The position numbers and the translations under genes are program-made. DNA of 64,000 nt from Eledone cirrhosa. Its lineage: Eukaryota. The stretch spans positions 121,024,001 through 121,088,000 of the forward strand of contig OZ024745.1 in assembly GCA_964016885.1 (NCBI GenBank), given 5' to 3'. Shown here piece by piece: positions 1 through 13,805 of the stretch; within the stretch, counting starts at the first letter, position 1; every line of letters starts with the position of its first letter. The notes under the pieces were generated by a model, which was not told the origin of the DNA, did no database searches, and saw only the letters and a list, made by a program, of their open reading frames with translations.

Positions 1-203
1 GGATCATAAACAGCAGAATGTTCATGTGTGTCTGAATATTTTGACAAGTATATGTATTTTAGGGCCAAGACATTGACATGCTGAAGTGTTTTTGAATGCT
101 AACCTACTGGCAGTATCTGGTCTTAACTTTACATAAAGGGGAAGAAACTTGAAAATATACAGTAGAGTTCCTTTAGGAATTTGAATATCTTACAGTATCT
201 AGT

Positions 204-324
204 GAGAAAGCACATAGCCTAGTGGTTAGGGTATGAGACTCATGACCATAAGGTTGTAGGGGTTCAATACCTGACCAAGCGGTATGTTGTGTCTTGAGAA
301 AAATACTTTATATAATGTTGCTCC
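204..324 (+). mobile_element. SINE family 2, tRNA-derived head plus core (3' truncated)
   Basis: A-box-like TAGCCTAGTGGTTAGG, B-box-like GGTTCAATACC, then core GTCTTGAGAAAAATACTTTA; aligns with the full copy at 40389-40728. Confidence 0.7.
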
Positions 325-329
325 TTCTA

Positions 330-560
330 CCAGGAGTTCCGACCAGCAAATAATGTCAGCAATGGAAAGAATAATGGAAACATTGCTTCCTTAGTCCAAT
401 CTGATATTTAGCTCCTTTCCTTTTCAATGTCCAAATTTAGTGCTACTCCTTACAAGATTTTCCAGATATATATTACAGCCTATCTTTCTCTTCTTCAATC
501 TAGAGAATAGTGTTAATCTTTTCAACTTCCTGTAGCTTCTCTGTTGCATAAAAGCATTCC
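330..560 (-). mobile_element. Decayed CR1-like LINE C-terminal fragment
   Basis: Minus strand resembles the LKLYTLE-RRERYA-IYI-KIL segment of the copy at 18880-18990, with stops and frameshifts. Confidence 0.45.
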
Positions 561-567
561 CCTTGGT

Positions 568-635
568 TTAACCCTTTCATTACCATATTTCTAATGAAAG
601 ATACTGCATATGTCATTAACTCTTTCATTACTATC
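568..635 (+). mobile_element. Left end of a TTAA-CCCTTTC piggyBac-type MITE (internally duplicated; repeated at 1157-1230)
   Basis: TTAACCCTTTCATTACC-ATTTCTAATGAAAGATACTGC occurs at 568-635 and 1157-1230. Confidence 0.45.
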
Positions 636-888
636 TATAAAGGGAGGAGTGTGGGATAGCGTCCGGTTTATATCTTTTAATCCAGTTATACATACATCTA
701 TATGTATGAGTATATAAATACACGCTCATGGACATACATTCACACAAATACATATTGTTACACAAACACATACATTCACACATATACATTTATACAAACA
801 CACACATACAGTCATACAGCCATGATAGCAGCATTCAAGAGTAAAATGAAGTACAACTTTTTATTTATTAATGAACAACACAGTTTAA

Positions 889-1145
889 CTTTTTTTTTTT
901 TTTTTTTTTTTTTATAACTCATTTGTATAAAAATTTAATATAATGGTTACAGAACGAAAACACAAACAAATATGATATATACAAAGGAAAGGGAAAGGAA
1001 AAAAATGAAAGAGAAAAAAAACCTAACTACGTAATACACACATCTAAGACCACATAGAACAAAATACAGGCGAAAGGGGTGGACAAACGAGCCGCTACCA
1101 GAGCAACACTATATAGCAAGGAGCACTGGGAAACCCAAAGGGCAG
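889..1145 (-). mobile_element. Poly(A)-tailed retroposon 3' end
   Basis: T-run at 889-914; minus-strand CTCTGGTAGCGGCTCGTTTGTCCACC is related to plus-strand CTCTGATAGCGGCTCGGTTGTCCACC at about 63880-63905. Confidence 0.5.
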
Positions 1146-1589
1146 TTTTTTTGCTAATATTTCTAATGAAAGATACTGCCTATGTCATTAACCCTTTCAT
1201 TACCAAATTTCTAATGAAAGATACTGCCCTTGATTTTCAAAGTTTTATTGTGATATTGCCACAACCACCTGACAAGGAGGACAGGATTTTTATTGTGCTA
1301 ACAGTACTACAACTTTACAGGGTGGTTAGGTGCTTTATATCCACTGAACAAAGTGGGCTGGATGCTTTTTGTATCACCAGCCATGATGGTGAGGCAGTCA
1401 TATAGTATGGCTGGGGGTAAGCGATTAAGCTGCAAGCTGCTTGATGAGGGAAGGTATAAGCAGGAGAGGTGACCTTAAACGTTAACATATGGCTGACATC
1501 TTTCCATGCTGAAATGAATTGGACAAGGCATGGAGGAATCAGGGTGGGTAGAAGAATAAGGAGGGTTGAGAATGACATATATACAAATA

Positions 1590-1748
1590 CAGTGAAACTC
1601 CGTTATAACAAAATTTATGGGGTATAAAAAGAAATTTGTTGCAACAAAAAATTCCTAACAAATCGAACATATGACCGAGGGCCGAAAAAAATGTTGTTAT
1701 ACTGAAAAATATGTTATAATGGTATTCATTATAACAAAATTTTACCTG
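1590..1748. mobile_element. Tigger/pogo-type (TcMar) MITE
   Basis: TA|CAGTGAAACTCCGTTATAAC ... TTATAACAAAATTTTACCTG imperfect TIRs with internal GTTATAAC repeats. Confidence 0.65.
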
Positions 1749-1770
1749 TGTGTATATATATATATATATA

Positions 1771-2315
1771 GACGGTAGCCACGGAATAGGCAGACCCAGA
1801 AAAACCTGGGACGAGCTGATAAATTCCGACCTCACACACTTACACCTCACCAAGACAATGTCACTGGACCGAGACCTTTGGCGGTACTCAGTAATAGAGA
1901 AGACCCGCCTTACCTAAATACAAAGTAAAACCTACTACAGTCAGTAGGCATCTCTAACAAAATACACCCCCGTCCCACCACCCCCACCCCATCCACACCG
2001 CCCCTTTCAATATAAAGTTATGTTGGTGCCACAACATCCAGGCCGAAACAAATGAGATCGTGTAGGTGTCACGTCAAAAAAACACACAGTTCACGCTGTA
2101 ATGTGGCCGTGTAGGCAACATGGTAAAAACCTCCCAGCCCCACACTGTAAATGTGGTTGGTGTTAGGAAGGGCATCCAGCTGTAGAAAACCCGCCAGATA
2201 GTCCTATGCGAGCAAGATAACCACTCTTGCCTCAAGTGGGAAAACCCTCCGTCCAAACCCATGCAAGCATGGAACACGGACGTTAAACGATGATGATGAT
2301 GATGATGATGATGAT
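1771..2315 (+). mobile_element. RTE-clade LINE family A, 3' end with long 3'UTR
   Basis: Encodes DGSHGIGRPRKTWDELINSDL...DRDLWR; (GAT)n tail; TA tracts on both sides. Confidence 0.85.
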
Positions 2316-2321
2316 ATATAT

Positions 2322-2525
2322 CAGGAAATGCCAGTTGAAGGAAGACGTGGTAGAGGTAGACCACGAAAAACATGGGCGGAGGTGGTGAGAACAGACCTCA
2401 GATCGCTGAAGCTCACGGCGGAGATGACGAAGGACCCTGACAAGTGGACAGATGCTGTGCTGAATAAGACCCGTCCTACCCTTGCAAGCAGGGAAAAGCG
2501 GACATAAAATGATGATGATGATGAT
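2322..2525 (+). mobile_element. RTE-clade LINE family B, 3' end
   Basis: EMPVEGRRGRGRPRKTWAEVVRTDL; short UTR ...CTTGCAAGCAGGGAAAAGCGGACATAAAA(TGA)n. Confidence 0.85.
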
Positions 2526-2739
2526 ATATATAAAAATATATATATATATATGTGTGTGTGTGTGGTGTATGTGTTATCATCATTATCATTGATGCCTGAT
2601 TTCCCTATAACCATACGAGCATGCAGATAAGCAGGTGTATAATTAGTAGGGGTTATGGTATTACACAGCTTCATATTATGTTAGTACTGCTCATGATGAT
2701 GAGGCTAATGGTCACCATGATAATCTCTACTGCTTTCAG

Positions 2740-2935
2740 TGACAATATGCCAGGTATTGTCACTAGTCTGTTATAATGTGTAACACCTGGTGTCACACAA
2801 GGTTTTGTCACCACTCTGTTACAGTGTGTAACACCTGATGTGTCACACACAAGGCATTGTCACCACTGTTACAGTAACACCTGATGTGTCACACACAAGG
2901 TATTGTCACTATTCTGTTACAATGTGTAACACAAT
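2740..2935. repeat. Minisatellite, about 50 bp unit, 3-4 degenerate copies
   Basis: TGTAACACCTGATGTGTCACACACAAGG-ATTGTCACCACT-TGTTACA recurs. Confidence 0.8.
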
Positions 2936-3103
2936 GTTATGCAGGAGAAAAACAAAATTGAAAAAGAAAAAAAATGGAAAAAAAAACTGGAACAAAAAAA
3001 GAACACAACAACTAAAAAGTACAACCATGTTAAAATAACCAGCCATGGAACTACCAGTAAACCTCCAGGAGAGAAGAGTAAATAAAAGAGAGAAATTACT
3101 TAC

Positions 3104-3197
3104 ATTCAGCTCAAAAGTAGGTTCCCCTTCTTTCACTAGGACTTGGCTGGCTGATGTGTTTACTTCTTTGGCATCCATAATAGTTGTTAATTGGTCT
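3104..3197 (-). CDS. Putative coding exon of an unidentified host gene (xDQLTTIMDAKEVNTSASQVLVKEGEPTFELN)
   Basis: Acceptor tttttattacAG|, donor AAT|GTAAGT, 94 nt, only one frame open across it, non-repetitive sequence; could alternatively start at ATG 3178. Confidence 0.6.
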
Positions 3198-3599
3198 CTG
3201 TAATAAAAATATTTGCATACATTTAATTGTGACTATATATAGCTTTCACCAGCTTTCTATTTATACACAAAGCACAGAATCATACATATAGCTCTCACTA
3301 GCTTTCTATTTACACACACACCACAGAATCATATATATATATATTGACACCATCAATATGACAACAGCAACGACATTGGTACTAGCATTGGTGATGCCAA
3401 AGCCATACTACCTTATATTTAAACATTACGCATAAAACAAATGTATACATATTCACACATGCACATGTATTCATCCCCTACACATCATCATAAACTGAAA
3501 TCAAGGTACAAATTGTTGTCCTTAAATGCTCGTAGTTTATGCAACAACATACATCTTTTTGATTCTTACATCAAAAGTATCAACCCTGATTTCATTACA

Positions 3600-4460
3600 G
3601 TCACGGAAACATGAGCACATTCTTTACTCTATAAATGGAGTTTTCAGCATAGCTGGCTACAACCTGTTTCGCAAAGACCATATTAATTGTCATGGTGGTG
3701 GTGTGATGGTCTATCTTTTCAGCAATTCCTTGCGTTGATATGAACTGAACCAATCACAAGAAGTAATTTTCTGCGATATATGTATGACCATGTCAACATT
3801 TCTATTTGGAGTTGTTTACTGCCCCCAAAATTACCATCAGGACAGACAGCCTTATGATATCCTTAGAGCTGCTGCCAGGAAAACAGCCACTTATGTTTTT
3901 ATTGCAGGCAACTTCAATCACCCTGAGATTGAGTGGGAAACCTTTCGTTAGCCACAAAGTGCAAATGATTTCCTTGAGCTAGTGCTGGACTCAAACTGGT
4001 CCCAAGTAAGCACCTCCACCACAAATGGTGACAACACTTTGGATTTACTCTTTACCACTACTTCTGAAACGGTTATCAGTGTTACTACTGAGGAACCTTC
4101 AGGTGACTGATCATGCTATGACCATGCTATGATTGTTGCTTATGGGCAGTAATAAAAACTACAACCATCTCCAAACTGCTTGCTTTGACTGGAATAACGT
4201 AGAATGGAACTCTTACTTCAGAACATCCTGAACTCAATATGGACAGCATGTGTAGCCCAAAAAATATCCCAAAAGTGCAATTTAGGAGACTACAGCAGTC
4301 CTACTTGCCAGGAAAGAACATTGTAATGCTAAACAGGAATACAAACTACATAGATCAGAGATTAATAAAAAAAATAAAAAAATAAAAATAAAAAAAAGTA
4401 CAATAGATCATCCAACCACCTCAAGCAGGTGGCAAAAACGGCAGTTCGTGAATTTGAATA
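3600..4460 (+). mobile_element. Decayed CR1-like LINE, APE endonuclease region
   Basis: GYNLFRKDH..GGGVMVY, GVVYCP, IAGNFNHPEIEW, GDNTLDLLFT, DHAMI motifs with stops and frameshifts. Confidence 0.75.
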
Positions 4461-4871
4461 AATAGTATTTATTTATTTATTTATTCTTTCACACAACAAC
4501 AAAGAATAAATAATATTTATTAACAGATTTAAAGCAAAATTAAATATGTAATCACCCTCATTAGATTCTCTCACATACACACACACAAACCATGAAATAA
4601 AAAAGAAATTGCTTCATTTTCCAAAAATTCCTGATTTAAAACCATCAGTGATGCTTTGCTCTGTTTTTTTTAATCTCCCATCACAAAAAGACTTGTGACA
4701 AACAAACTAAAGCACACACACACACACCACACTTCAAAAATAAACAGAGAGAGAGAGAGAGAGAGAGAGAACGAGAGAGAGAACGAGAGAGAGAACGAGA
4801 TGGATAGAGAGATATGTATATACATGTGTCCCCAAAAATATTCCTCTTAGATTTGATCCCTTCACACTTCA

Positions 4872-5122
4872 AAATTTTGTCACCCAGGTAACGGAAAGTG
4901 TCCACTATTTCTATAAAACCGTCTGGGCAATTGAAGGAGCTAGTATCGTGTGGGTACTTGCTACTAACTGCATCTGAGCATTGGCCACATATAAAACCTA
5001 CATTCTGTGATCCCACTACATTTCTTATGTACCCATAGCTTACATTTGGGACATAGAATGGAATTTCTTCCTACTCCTTTCCTACACACTGAAAAGTAAC
5101 TTCGGGCAACAGTAGAGTTTGA

Positions 5123-5125
<3 letters not shown>
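4872..5125 (-). mobile_element. RTE ORF fragment (Cys/His finger plus FRYLGD)
   Basis: SVCRKGVGRNSILCPKCKLWVHKKCSG..FICGQC..EIVDTFRYLGD; ends at a (TA)n array. Confidence 0.8.
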
Positions 5126-6505
<1,380 letters not shown>

Positions 6506-6666
6506 TATATATTTATGTATGTATGTACCCACACATGGAATGAGAGAGGGTGCATATTCGATTCATCGAACTCTACTGTTGCCTGAAGTAACAAAAATGT
6601 AAGCTCTTTTCAGCCTCCTACATCTCTCTCTCTGTTTAGTTCATACATTCATATTATTTATCTCTA

Positions 6667-6835
6667 AAGGGCGGTGAATTGGTGGTATCGGTAGATAGTT
6701 ACGTCCCTTTACAGTCTGAGTTCAAATCCCGCCGAGGTTAACTTTGCCTTTCATCCTTACGGGGTCGATAAAATAAAGTACCAGTAATGCAGTGATTAAT
6801 TGCTGGCCTTGTGCCAAAAGTAGAAACAATTATTT
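6667..6835 (+). mobile_element. SINE family 1 (tRNA-derived, Deu/Nin-like core)
   Basis: B-box GAGTTCAAATCCC, core GCCGAGGTTAACTTTGCCTTTCATCC..GGGGTCGATAAAATAAAGTACC, 13 bp TSD ATTATTTATCTCT (6653-6665/6829-6841). Confidence 0.9.
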
Positions 6836-6980
6836 ATCTCTCATATTGGAAATATTGTCCTAGTTCTTTTAGACTGATTTTGTTTCATTCAAATGTTATT
6901 TCTCACAATTGAAAATATCATACCTCTATTTCTCCTCTGTCTGTTTTTGTCCCCAACTGGGGGAGTTAGCGAGAAGGTTT

Positions 6981-7540
6981 GAGAAGGTTATTTTATAATA
7001 TAATCCTAGAAATTCGGCCATAATTAAATGAGCATATAACAGTAATAAGAGTTTAAATACAAGTAGAAGATTGTATTCGAGGGTCTGACAAAATTATGGG
7101 AGTTTAAAATACAAGAAGATTGTTTTGACGGTCTGACAGAATTAGAAAAGATTTAATTCTAAGTTAAGCGGATGATATAATACTGATAGGTGAATGGACT
7201 AGGAAAACGTGGAGACAAGAAAATAGGGTGAATACATTACATTTCTCAAAAACAAGCGTTCGGCCAAGATAAGGGATCGACAAACTCCGAGATTCGTAGC
7301 TCACAACAAATTTATTTTATATTTGGAGAGAGAAGGGGAGGGTGAGAGAACCTGCAGGCATATATACGATATATGAGGGGGACAGAGAAGGGAAGGGAGG
7401 GAGAAGGTTATTTTGTAATATAATCCTAGAAATTCGGCCATAATTAAACGAGCATATAACAGTAATATAATCCTAGAAATTCGGCCATAATTAAACAAGC
7501 ATATAACAGTAATAAGAGTTTAAATACAAGTAGAAGGTTG
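6981..7540. repeat. About 420 bp period direct repeat (about 1.3 units) with internal 40 bp duplication
   Basis: GAGAAGGTTATTTT-TAATATAATCCTAGAAATTCGGCCATAATTAAA at 6981 and 7401; the TAATATAATCC.. part again at about 7463. Confidence 0.8.
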
Positions 7541-7799
7541 TGGTGATATATTCTTCAATAAAATTATAATTGTTCTTTATTTTTTCTGTAGCATCAGAAG
7601 TGTAGACCTTTTCTGACCTTATGGTACTATAAGTGAAAGTAGTTAAACAGCAGTTGTTCATTTAAGGTGTTAATTAGATTTCATTGCATACAGAGACAAA
7701 TTCATGTTTCAAGTTACATTAAAAACCAAAATGCACAGAAGTAAAGTCGCATGTGTAATTCAACAAAAATTTCAACAACAAAAATGTTACAGAAAAGTG

Positions 7800-7980
7800 T
7801 TATACATAGGTGAGATGTGTAAGGGAAGAAACTATCAGAGTAAAATTTGTGATTACATTTAGGAACTTCAACTGTAAAGAGATGAGACCTAACTGCAAAT
7901 CTGGTACTCTGTTTAAACTTATGAAGATAAGGCAACAAAGAGGAACATTGATCAGAACAATTTTGACAAAGTTATGTTAC
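7800..7980 (-). mobile_element. CR1/Jockey-group LINE 3' fragment
   Basis: STRFAVRSHLFTVEVPKC..YSDSFFPYTSHL resembles the SFFPRT--LWN terminus. Confidence 0.6.
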
Positions 7981-9280
7981 TTTTAGGTGCAGTAACTGAC
8001 ATATGGAACACATCTGTATATAATCAGTCCAGATACTGAACACTACATCCTCAAACAGGTTTACTGTATATGCCGGTGTACAAGCCAATCCAGTGCATAA
8101 AATTCAGGTTTAGGCCTATATTTGCCAGATAAGATATATATAAGCCATATAAAAAAAAAAGGGAAAAAAGGAATGAACAGAGAGAATGTAGGGTAGAGGG
8201 GGATGTTTAGTCTTGTTAGAAATAAACTCTTTAGTGCAACACAATTACAATGTGTGCTGGATAATGAAAGATTGTGATGAGTTACAAGATGTAAGAACTA
8301 GCCAATCCATGCCAGTCTGGAAACATGATGCAAGTTTACTGGTTGACTTGTCTGTGAATAAACAAAGGCACTACTATGAACACACACACTCACTCTGTTT
8401 CTTTGTGTATATATGATGTGGTAATTGCTGAAGGAATTCCAGGAGATGATAATAAGTCATGAAAGATGGAAGAAGACCGAAAATGAAGTATGTTAGAACG
8501 GACCTTACCAGCTTCGCCTTCAGTGTTCAACCATAGAAAGATGTTATATTTATTATCTATCAAATTTATATCAATGGAGGTAAAGTGATACAGCAAAAGT
8601 AAAGCTACTAGAGATGACAATGATGATCATCATGATAAAAGTTTACTTAAAGAAGTATTGCACAACTATTACCATAAATTACTATATATCAGAATGTAAA
8701 TGATGTTTTAACTTAATTATCATGCTTGTTTTTAAAACAAAAATGAAGCATAATGTTTATTTTTCTTTCATCTATTAATTAAATTACTTACTGCTTATTC
8801 ATGGACACAAGAATATTGGCTAGAATGCTTTGCAGTATTCATTCCAGCTCTCTGAGGTCTGTATGCAAAACCTGTCTGGGTCAATTTTGTTTATCATCCT
8901 TCTGAAGAAAATAAAAAAAATACCAGTCCAGTACTGCATAAATTCTTCTGCCATATCTCTTTCTCACTTCCCCTCTATCACTCTCTCACCTCCCTTCTCT
9001 GGAAAACACTGGACAGGGGATGAGCTCCACCAGGTTTTAAATATTCAAGACATGCTGTACGTCACTATGGCACCCTTACGACTCCATCAGGAGTTACGGG
9101 TCCATACATACATTCATAGGCACTTATAAAAATTTACAAATTGTATATGTTTAAATTTGTATTCAGTGGAGTAAACAAAAGAATGCAAAGAAGACTTTAG
9201 ATAGAGACTTATTCCAAAAACTGTAATATATTTATTTCAAATTTCTACAGAAAATATTGAAATCTGACATTGGAGTTTAA

Positions 9281-9693
9281 CCCGTTAGCATTTAAACCAG
9301 CCATATCTGGCCAGAATTCTCTCACCTCTTTTTAATAATGAAAATATTGTGTACAGTGCTCAGGTGCACTACAACTCATCAAAAGTGTATGTATAGTACA
9401 TAGGGTAATGTACAAACATCAGGAAAATGAACAGTGCATGAGTCATGATATACACATGTGTGCATGTGTATGGAAGGGGGACATCAGGTGTAGTTTTGGC
9501 GAATTTCGGGAAGCATGAGGGTTTTGTTCAAACCAGCCATAACTGGCCACTCATACTTATGTTAAGGTATTGTTCTCAAAATAAATAATATCAAAATCTC
9601 ATAGATTCGATATTATATGAGATAATTATGTAAAATAAAGCCTTTACAATGAAAATACAATAGTAAATATAGAGTAATGTGAATACTAAAGGA
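9281..9693 (+). mobile_element. piggyBac-type MITE copy 1, interrupted by a LINE 3' fragment (about 9333-9522, minus)
   Basis: TTAA|CCCGTTAGCATTTA ... GAATACTAAAGGA|TTAA; insert reads KTLMLPEIRQNYT* plus UTR on minus. Confidence 0.8.
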
Positions 9694-10508
9694 TTAATGG
9701 AAATTAGTGAAGTTGATCACTTGGTGTTACCATAGTATCTTGTCCATAATATGGAAACTAACTGTATATTGTCTGCAGAAAAAGCAAAGAAAAATTATTT
9801 CTTTTACATAGGAATAATAACTTTGTAGAGGAGTCCATCTAAGTCATTTGAATTGATTCCAGTGTGTTAATTATTGTATTGATTTGGGGTGGATGAAAGA
9901 CAAAGTTGACTCAGGTGGAATCTGAACTCAGAATGTAGAATGTTTTAAACATTATAAATTCTGTAAAGCGTTTGAGTCCAGATACTACAATTTATGTTAA
10001 ATATTCACTCATTGAAAATAAAACAATATATAATTATAAATATTTGTAATAAGTCTTAACCTAGAAAATGTCATGTGCTGTTCAACTTTATCAGATAATA
10101 TTCAACATTCTAATCCTATTAAATAGTGACATCTCCGGTAAAATTCTTCAACATACAAACAGTATTCTAAATAGACAAGTAGTAAAACTATGTATATATT
10201 AATTCTGGATACTCTAGTGTTAAGAAGCAGATGTCAGACAAATCTCCCTAATGATAGCATGGCAACTGATGACAAGCAACATTCATTGAAGAACTCATAC
10301 CTAATCCCTACCATCAAGTGAACAGGGGCAAGTAGTTAAATATATGCTACAGAAGTAAACCTATAATTCTATCAGTTCAAATTACTATCTACTGTACACC
10401 AGTAAATATCATGGTGAAACATTGCACTCAAACAGATAGACCTATCCAACCTACACCAGTGTAGAAAATCACAAATAAAATGATGATGACAAAATATATA
10501 ATATTTAA

Positions 10509-10729
10509 CCCTTTAGTATTTAAACCAGCCATATCTGTCTAGAATTCTCTCACCTCTTTCTGTTCAAACCAGCCATAACTAGCTGCTTATACCTATGTTA
10601 AGGTATTGTTCTCAAAATAAATAACATCAAAATCTCATAGATTCGATATTATGCGAGATAATTATGTGAGGTAAATCCTTTACCATGAAAATATAATAGT
10701 AAATATAGAGTAATTTAAATACTAAAGGG
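10509..10729 (+). mobile_element. piggyBac-type MITE copy 2
   Basis: TTAA TSD on both sides, TIR CCCTTTAGTATTTA/TAAATACTAAAGGG. Confidence 0.9.
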
Positions 10730-10999
10730 TTAATTATCAGCAATGTGGTGGAAACTAATTGTATATATGTCTGCAGAAAAAACAAAGAAAAATCTAATTA
10801 TTTCTTTTACATAGGAACAATAATTTTGTAGAGGAGTCCATCTAAATCATTTGAATTGGTATAGAGTAATGTAAATGCTAAAGAGTTAAAGAATAATAAC
10901 CAAAATAAGAACAGCAGAAAAAGTTCAGGGAGCTAAAGGTATTGAATGAAGAAGATGTGAAGGCTAGAAAGAAATAATTTAAGTAAGCTTTGTTGGATA

Positions 11000-11290
11000 T
11001 GTAATGTTAATGTGTATAAATGTGTTGAAGAATCAGATGTAGGATGTGTGAGAGAAGATTGTGCTGGTTATTAGTATAGACACATAATGCATGTGTATGA
11101 TGATGTTTATGTGAAGAAGTGCCAGTGGAAGGAAGATGTCAATGCAGTAGGCTAAGAAAGACTTGGGCAGAGGTGGTTAAAGTGGATTTCACATTTCTGA
11201 ACCTCACAACTGAGAAAGAAGCAACTGGGGGATTGCTGTGATGGAGAGGACTCATATGCAAGCATAGAAAAAGTAACTGATATGGTTGAT
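11000..11290 (+). mobile_element. Old decayed RTE family B 3' end
   Basis: Degenerate VKKC-PVEGR-RLRKTWAEVV-DF motif and GCAAGCATAGAAAAAG tail. Confidence 0.55.
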
Positions 11291-11605
11291 ATTCATTTTG
11301 AATACCTGTAGATCAATATTTGTAGAAGAGTGTAAGTGGAGAGAAAAATCTAGAGGATTGGATTTCTGGGGAAGAATAGAGAAAAATATTTCTTACGCAA
11401 GGTAAAGGAGGTGAGAGTAAACGTGATAGAAATGAGAGGATGGTCAAGAGGTCTTGGATGAAGAAAGGATGTAGGTAGCTAGTTAAGAAGAGTAGGGCCC
11501 ATTATAGTAGTGACAGAATCAACAATGCAATGAACCTTACATTAGAACATTAATGTTAACTCATTATTTTGCTGAATTATCAAAAACAAATATCAAAAAT
11601 CTCAC

Positions 11606-11674
11606 CTCATCAATGTGATACCAAATACGTCTTTGTACGAACAATGAAAACAAATCACTGATGTAAAATGATTT
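11606..11674 (-). CDS. Putative coding exon of the same host gene (xNHFTSVICFHCSYKDVFGITLMx)
   Basis: tgtttgtAG| acceptor, GAG|GTGAGA donor, 69 nt; this frame ends in phase 2 (AG) and joins the first A of exon 3104-3197 to give Arg. Confidence 0.45.
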
Positions 11675-12315
11675 CTACAAACATAGTTTATGGTTCATTT
11701 CTTTTTCATTTAGGATCCTATAAATGGTAGAAATGTGTATGTACACAGAGGAATACAGACAAAAAATGTAATCTGACTACAATGGCTACAATCAACAGGT
11801 GTTGAAGTAAATATTTTGATGTTTTGGGAGCATAACATTCAAAAGGCACCAAACTGTGTAACCCCTAAATATATTCATAACTCCTCATATTTTTGCCTGT
11901 GTAGTTTTTATGTGAAATGGATTCACAGTGCAACTGGCATGAAGTGATTTCAATGAAATATCTTTCCCTATAAATATGCAACACCCTGGTGTACATGTAA
12001 GTGTAGCAGCAGTACCATCCCATATTTCAATGCAATGTCCACATGCTCAAGAAGGACATAAAAGTATGCAAAATAACTCAGTTGGTCACATTAACAACTG
12101 CTCTCCAACACTCATTACAACCACCTAAGTTGGTGTATTTAATGTTCCTCAAATAGGCTTCCACACAGTTTCCATCTATCAAGTTTTAATCACAGAACTT
12201 TGGTTGATCTAAGTCTGTAGTGAAAGATACTTCTCCTTGTACAGTGGAATCTAAAATCTTAATGTTTATATATAGCTGTTTGTGTTGTTTTTTTATGATT
12301 TCTATTAATCAACAA

Positions 12316-12418
12316 AGGCCCATGGTTTAGTGGTTAGAATATTTGGTTCACAATTGTAAAGTCGTGAGTTCGATTCACAGTGGTGTGTTTTATTCTTGAG
12401 TAAGATTTTATTTCATGT
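12316..12418 (+). mobile_element. SINE family 2 head fragment
   Basis: TGGTTTAGTGGTTAGA A-box, GAGTTCGATTC B-box, TTCTTGAGTAAGAT core. Confidence 0.65.
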
Positions 12419-12467
12419 AAAAATATAACATAATTGTATGAGCGATTTTTCTTCTTCCTTAGATTAA

Positions 12468-12664
12468 CCTCTTTAATGCCAATGACGAGATAACTCAGTC
12501 TAACATGTTTGAACTCTTTTCAAACAGCTCATAACTTCAAAGCTAGATGGGGTTACTAGTTTATGGATGTGACATTTGTCCATCAAAATTGACATTTTAC
12601 TAAAAAAAAAAAAAAAACGGCACAGCAACTGTAGCTGTGTAAAATATACGCGGCAGTCAACAGG
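12468..12664. mobile_element. Second piggyBac-type MITE family
   Basis: TTAA|CCTCTTTAATGCC ... GGCAGTCAACAGG|TTAA. Confidence 0.6.
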
Positions 12665-12744
12665 TTAATGAGAGGAAAAAATCTACACACATTATCTCAT
12701 CCTTCTTTTGCGGTACTGCATTCCTTTAGAACTTTCAGCAACCA

Positions 12745-13070
12745 ATCATCATCATCATTACCATCATCCATACCAGCATGGGTTGAATAGGTTGTCATGG
12801 TCCTAGGCTAGACAGATCAAAGAGATCTCATCTTGCTCATACATTCCATATTTTGCATGGTTTCTATGGCTGGATGCCCTTCCTTACACCAAACACCTTA
12901 TAGAATGCATTGGATACATTTTATCATTGTTCCAGCATTATCAGCATTACCGGTCTGGGTGCATTTTATCGTGGCACCAACACTACCACTTTACAGAACA
13001 GAATGGGTGTGTTGTACCATGGCACTAATACTGCCACATTACAAGTGTACAGGAGGTACTTTTAACAATT
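12745..13070 (-). mobile_element. Decayed RTE-type 3'UTR (similar pieces at 13340-13570, 19840-20050, 53770-53975 minus; 21280-21460 plus)
   Basis: (CAT)n, GCATGGGTTG, TTTCTATGGCTGGATGCCCTTCC, ACCACTTTACAG modules. Confidence 0.65.
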
Positions 13071-13607
13071 GAAATAGAATAATTAACCATGAAAACATTA
13101 CACTTTTATCCTTATCTCCTAATCTATAATTTTCTGTGAACTCTTCTTCAGATAAATATAACAAAATTAGAATGCATGAATATATAAATTTCTTTCAAAT
13201 GATATCAAATTAAGCTGATAGTGGAGAGCTATTCTCCATGAAATTTCATGCAAATATTAATTTAGATTAGCTATGATTGCGAACAGTCTTTTATCTTAAT
13301 CTATTATAATTCTATTCATATTAAGGATGTTTTAAATCAACATCATTTTATGACTGCTTTCCATGCTAGCATGGGTTGGACGGATTGTTATGATTTGAGG
13401 ATGAACTGGAGGACCACATCTCATCTGTTCATTCCATTTCTGCTGTGGTTTCTATGGCTGTATACCCTTCCTATCACCAACTTTACAGAGGGTATCGGTG
13501 CTTTTTATTGCAGCACAAGCAGTACCACTTTATATAGTAGACTGGGTTTATCATGGCATTAACACTAGAGTTATTAAAAGGAATATTAAATTGATCCCTA
13601 TACTTGA

Positions 13608-13805
13608 CTAGCATTGGATTGACAGTTTCAGTAGATGGACAAACACCATGCTTTGTATCATAGAGTTAAGTCCCTTTACGGTCTGAGTTCAAATCCCGCC
13701 GAGGTTAACTTTGCCTTTCATCCTTACGGGGTCAATAAAATACAGTACCAGTAATGCACTGGAATAATTGCTGGCCTTGTGCCAAAAATAGAAACAATTA
13801 TATTT
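13608..13805 (+). mobile_element. SINE family 1
   Basis: Same B-box, core and GCTGGCCTTGTGCCAAAA-TAGAAACAATTA tail. Confidence 0.85.

Noticed and set aside
11714-11800. Plus-strand exon after a strong acceptor
   Set aside because: All three frames hit stops and no supporting neighbour exon was found
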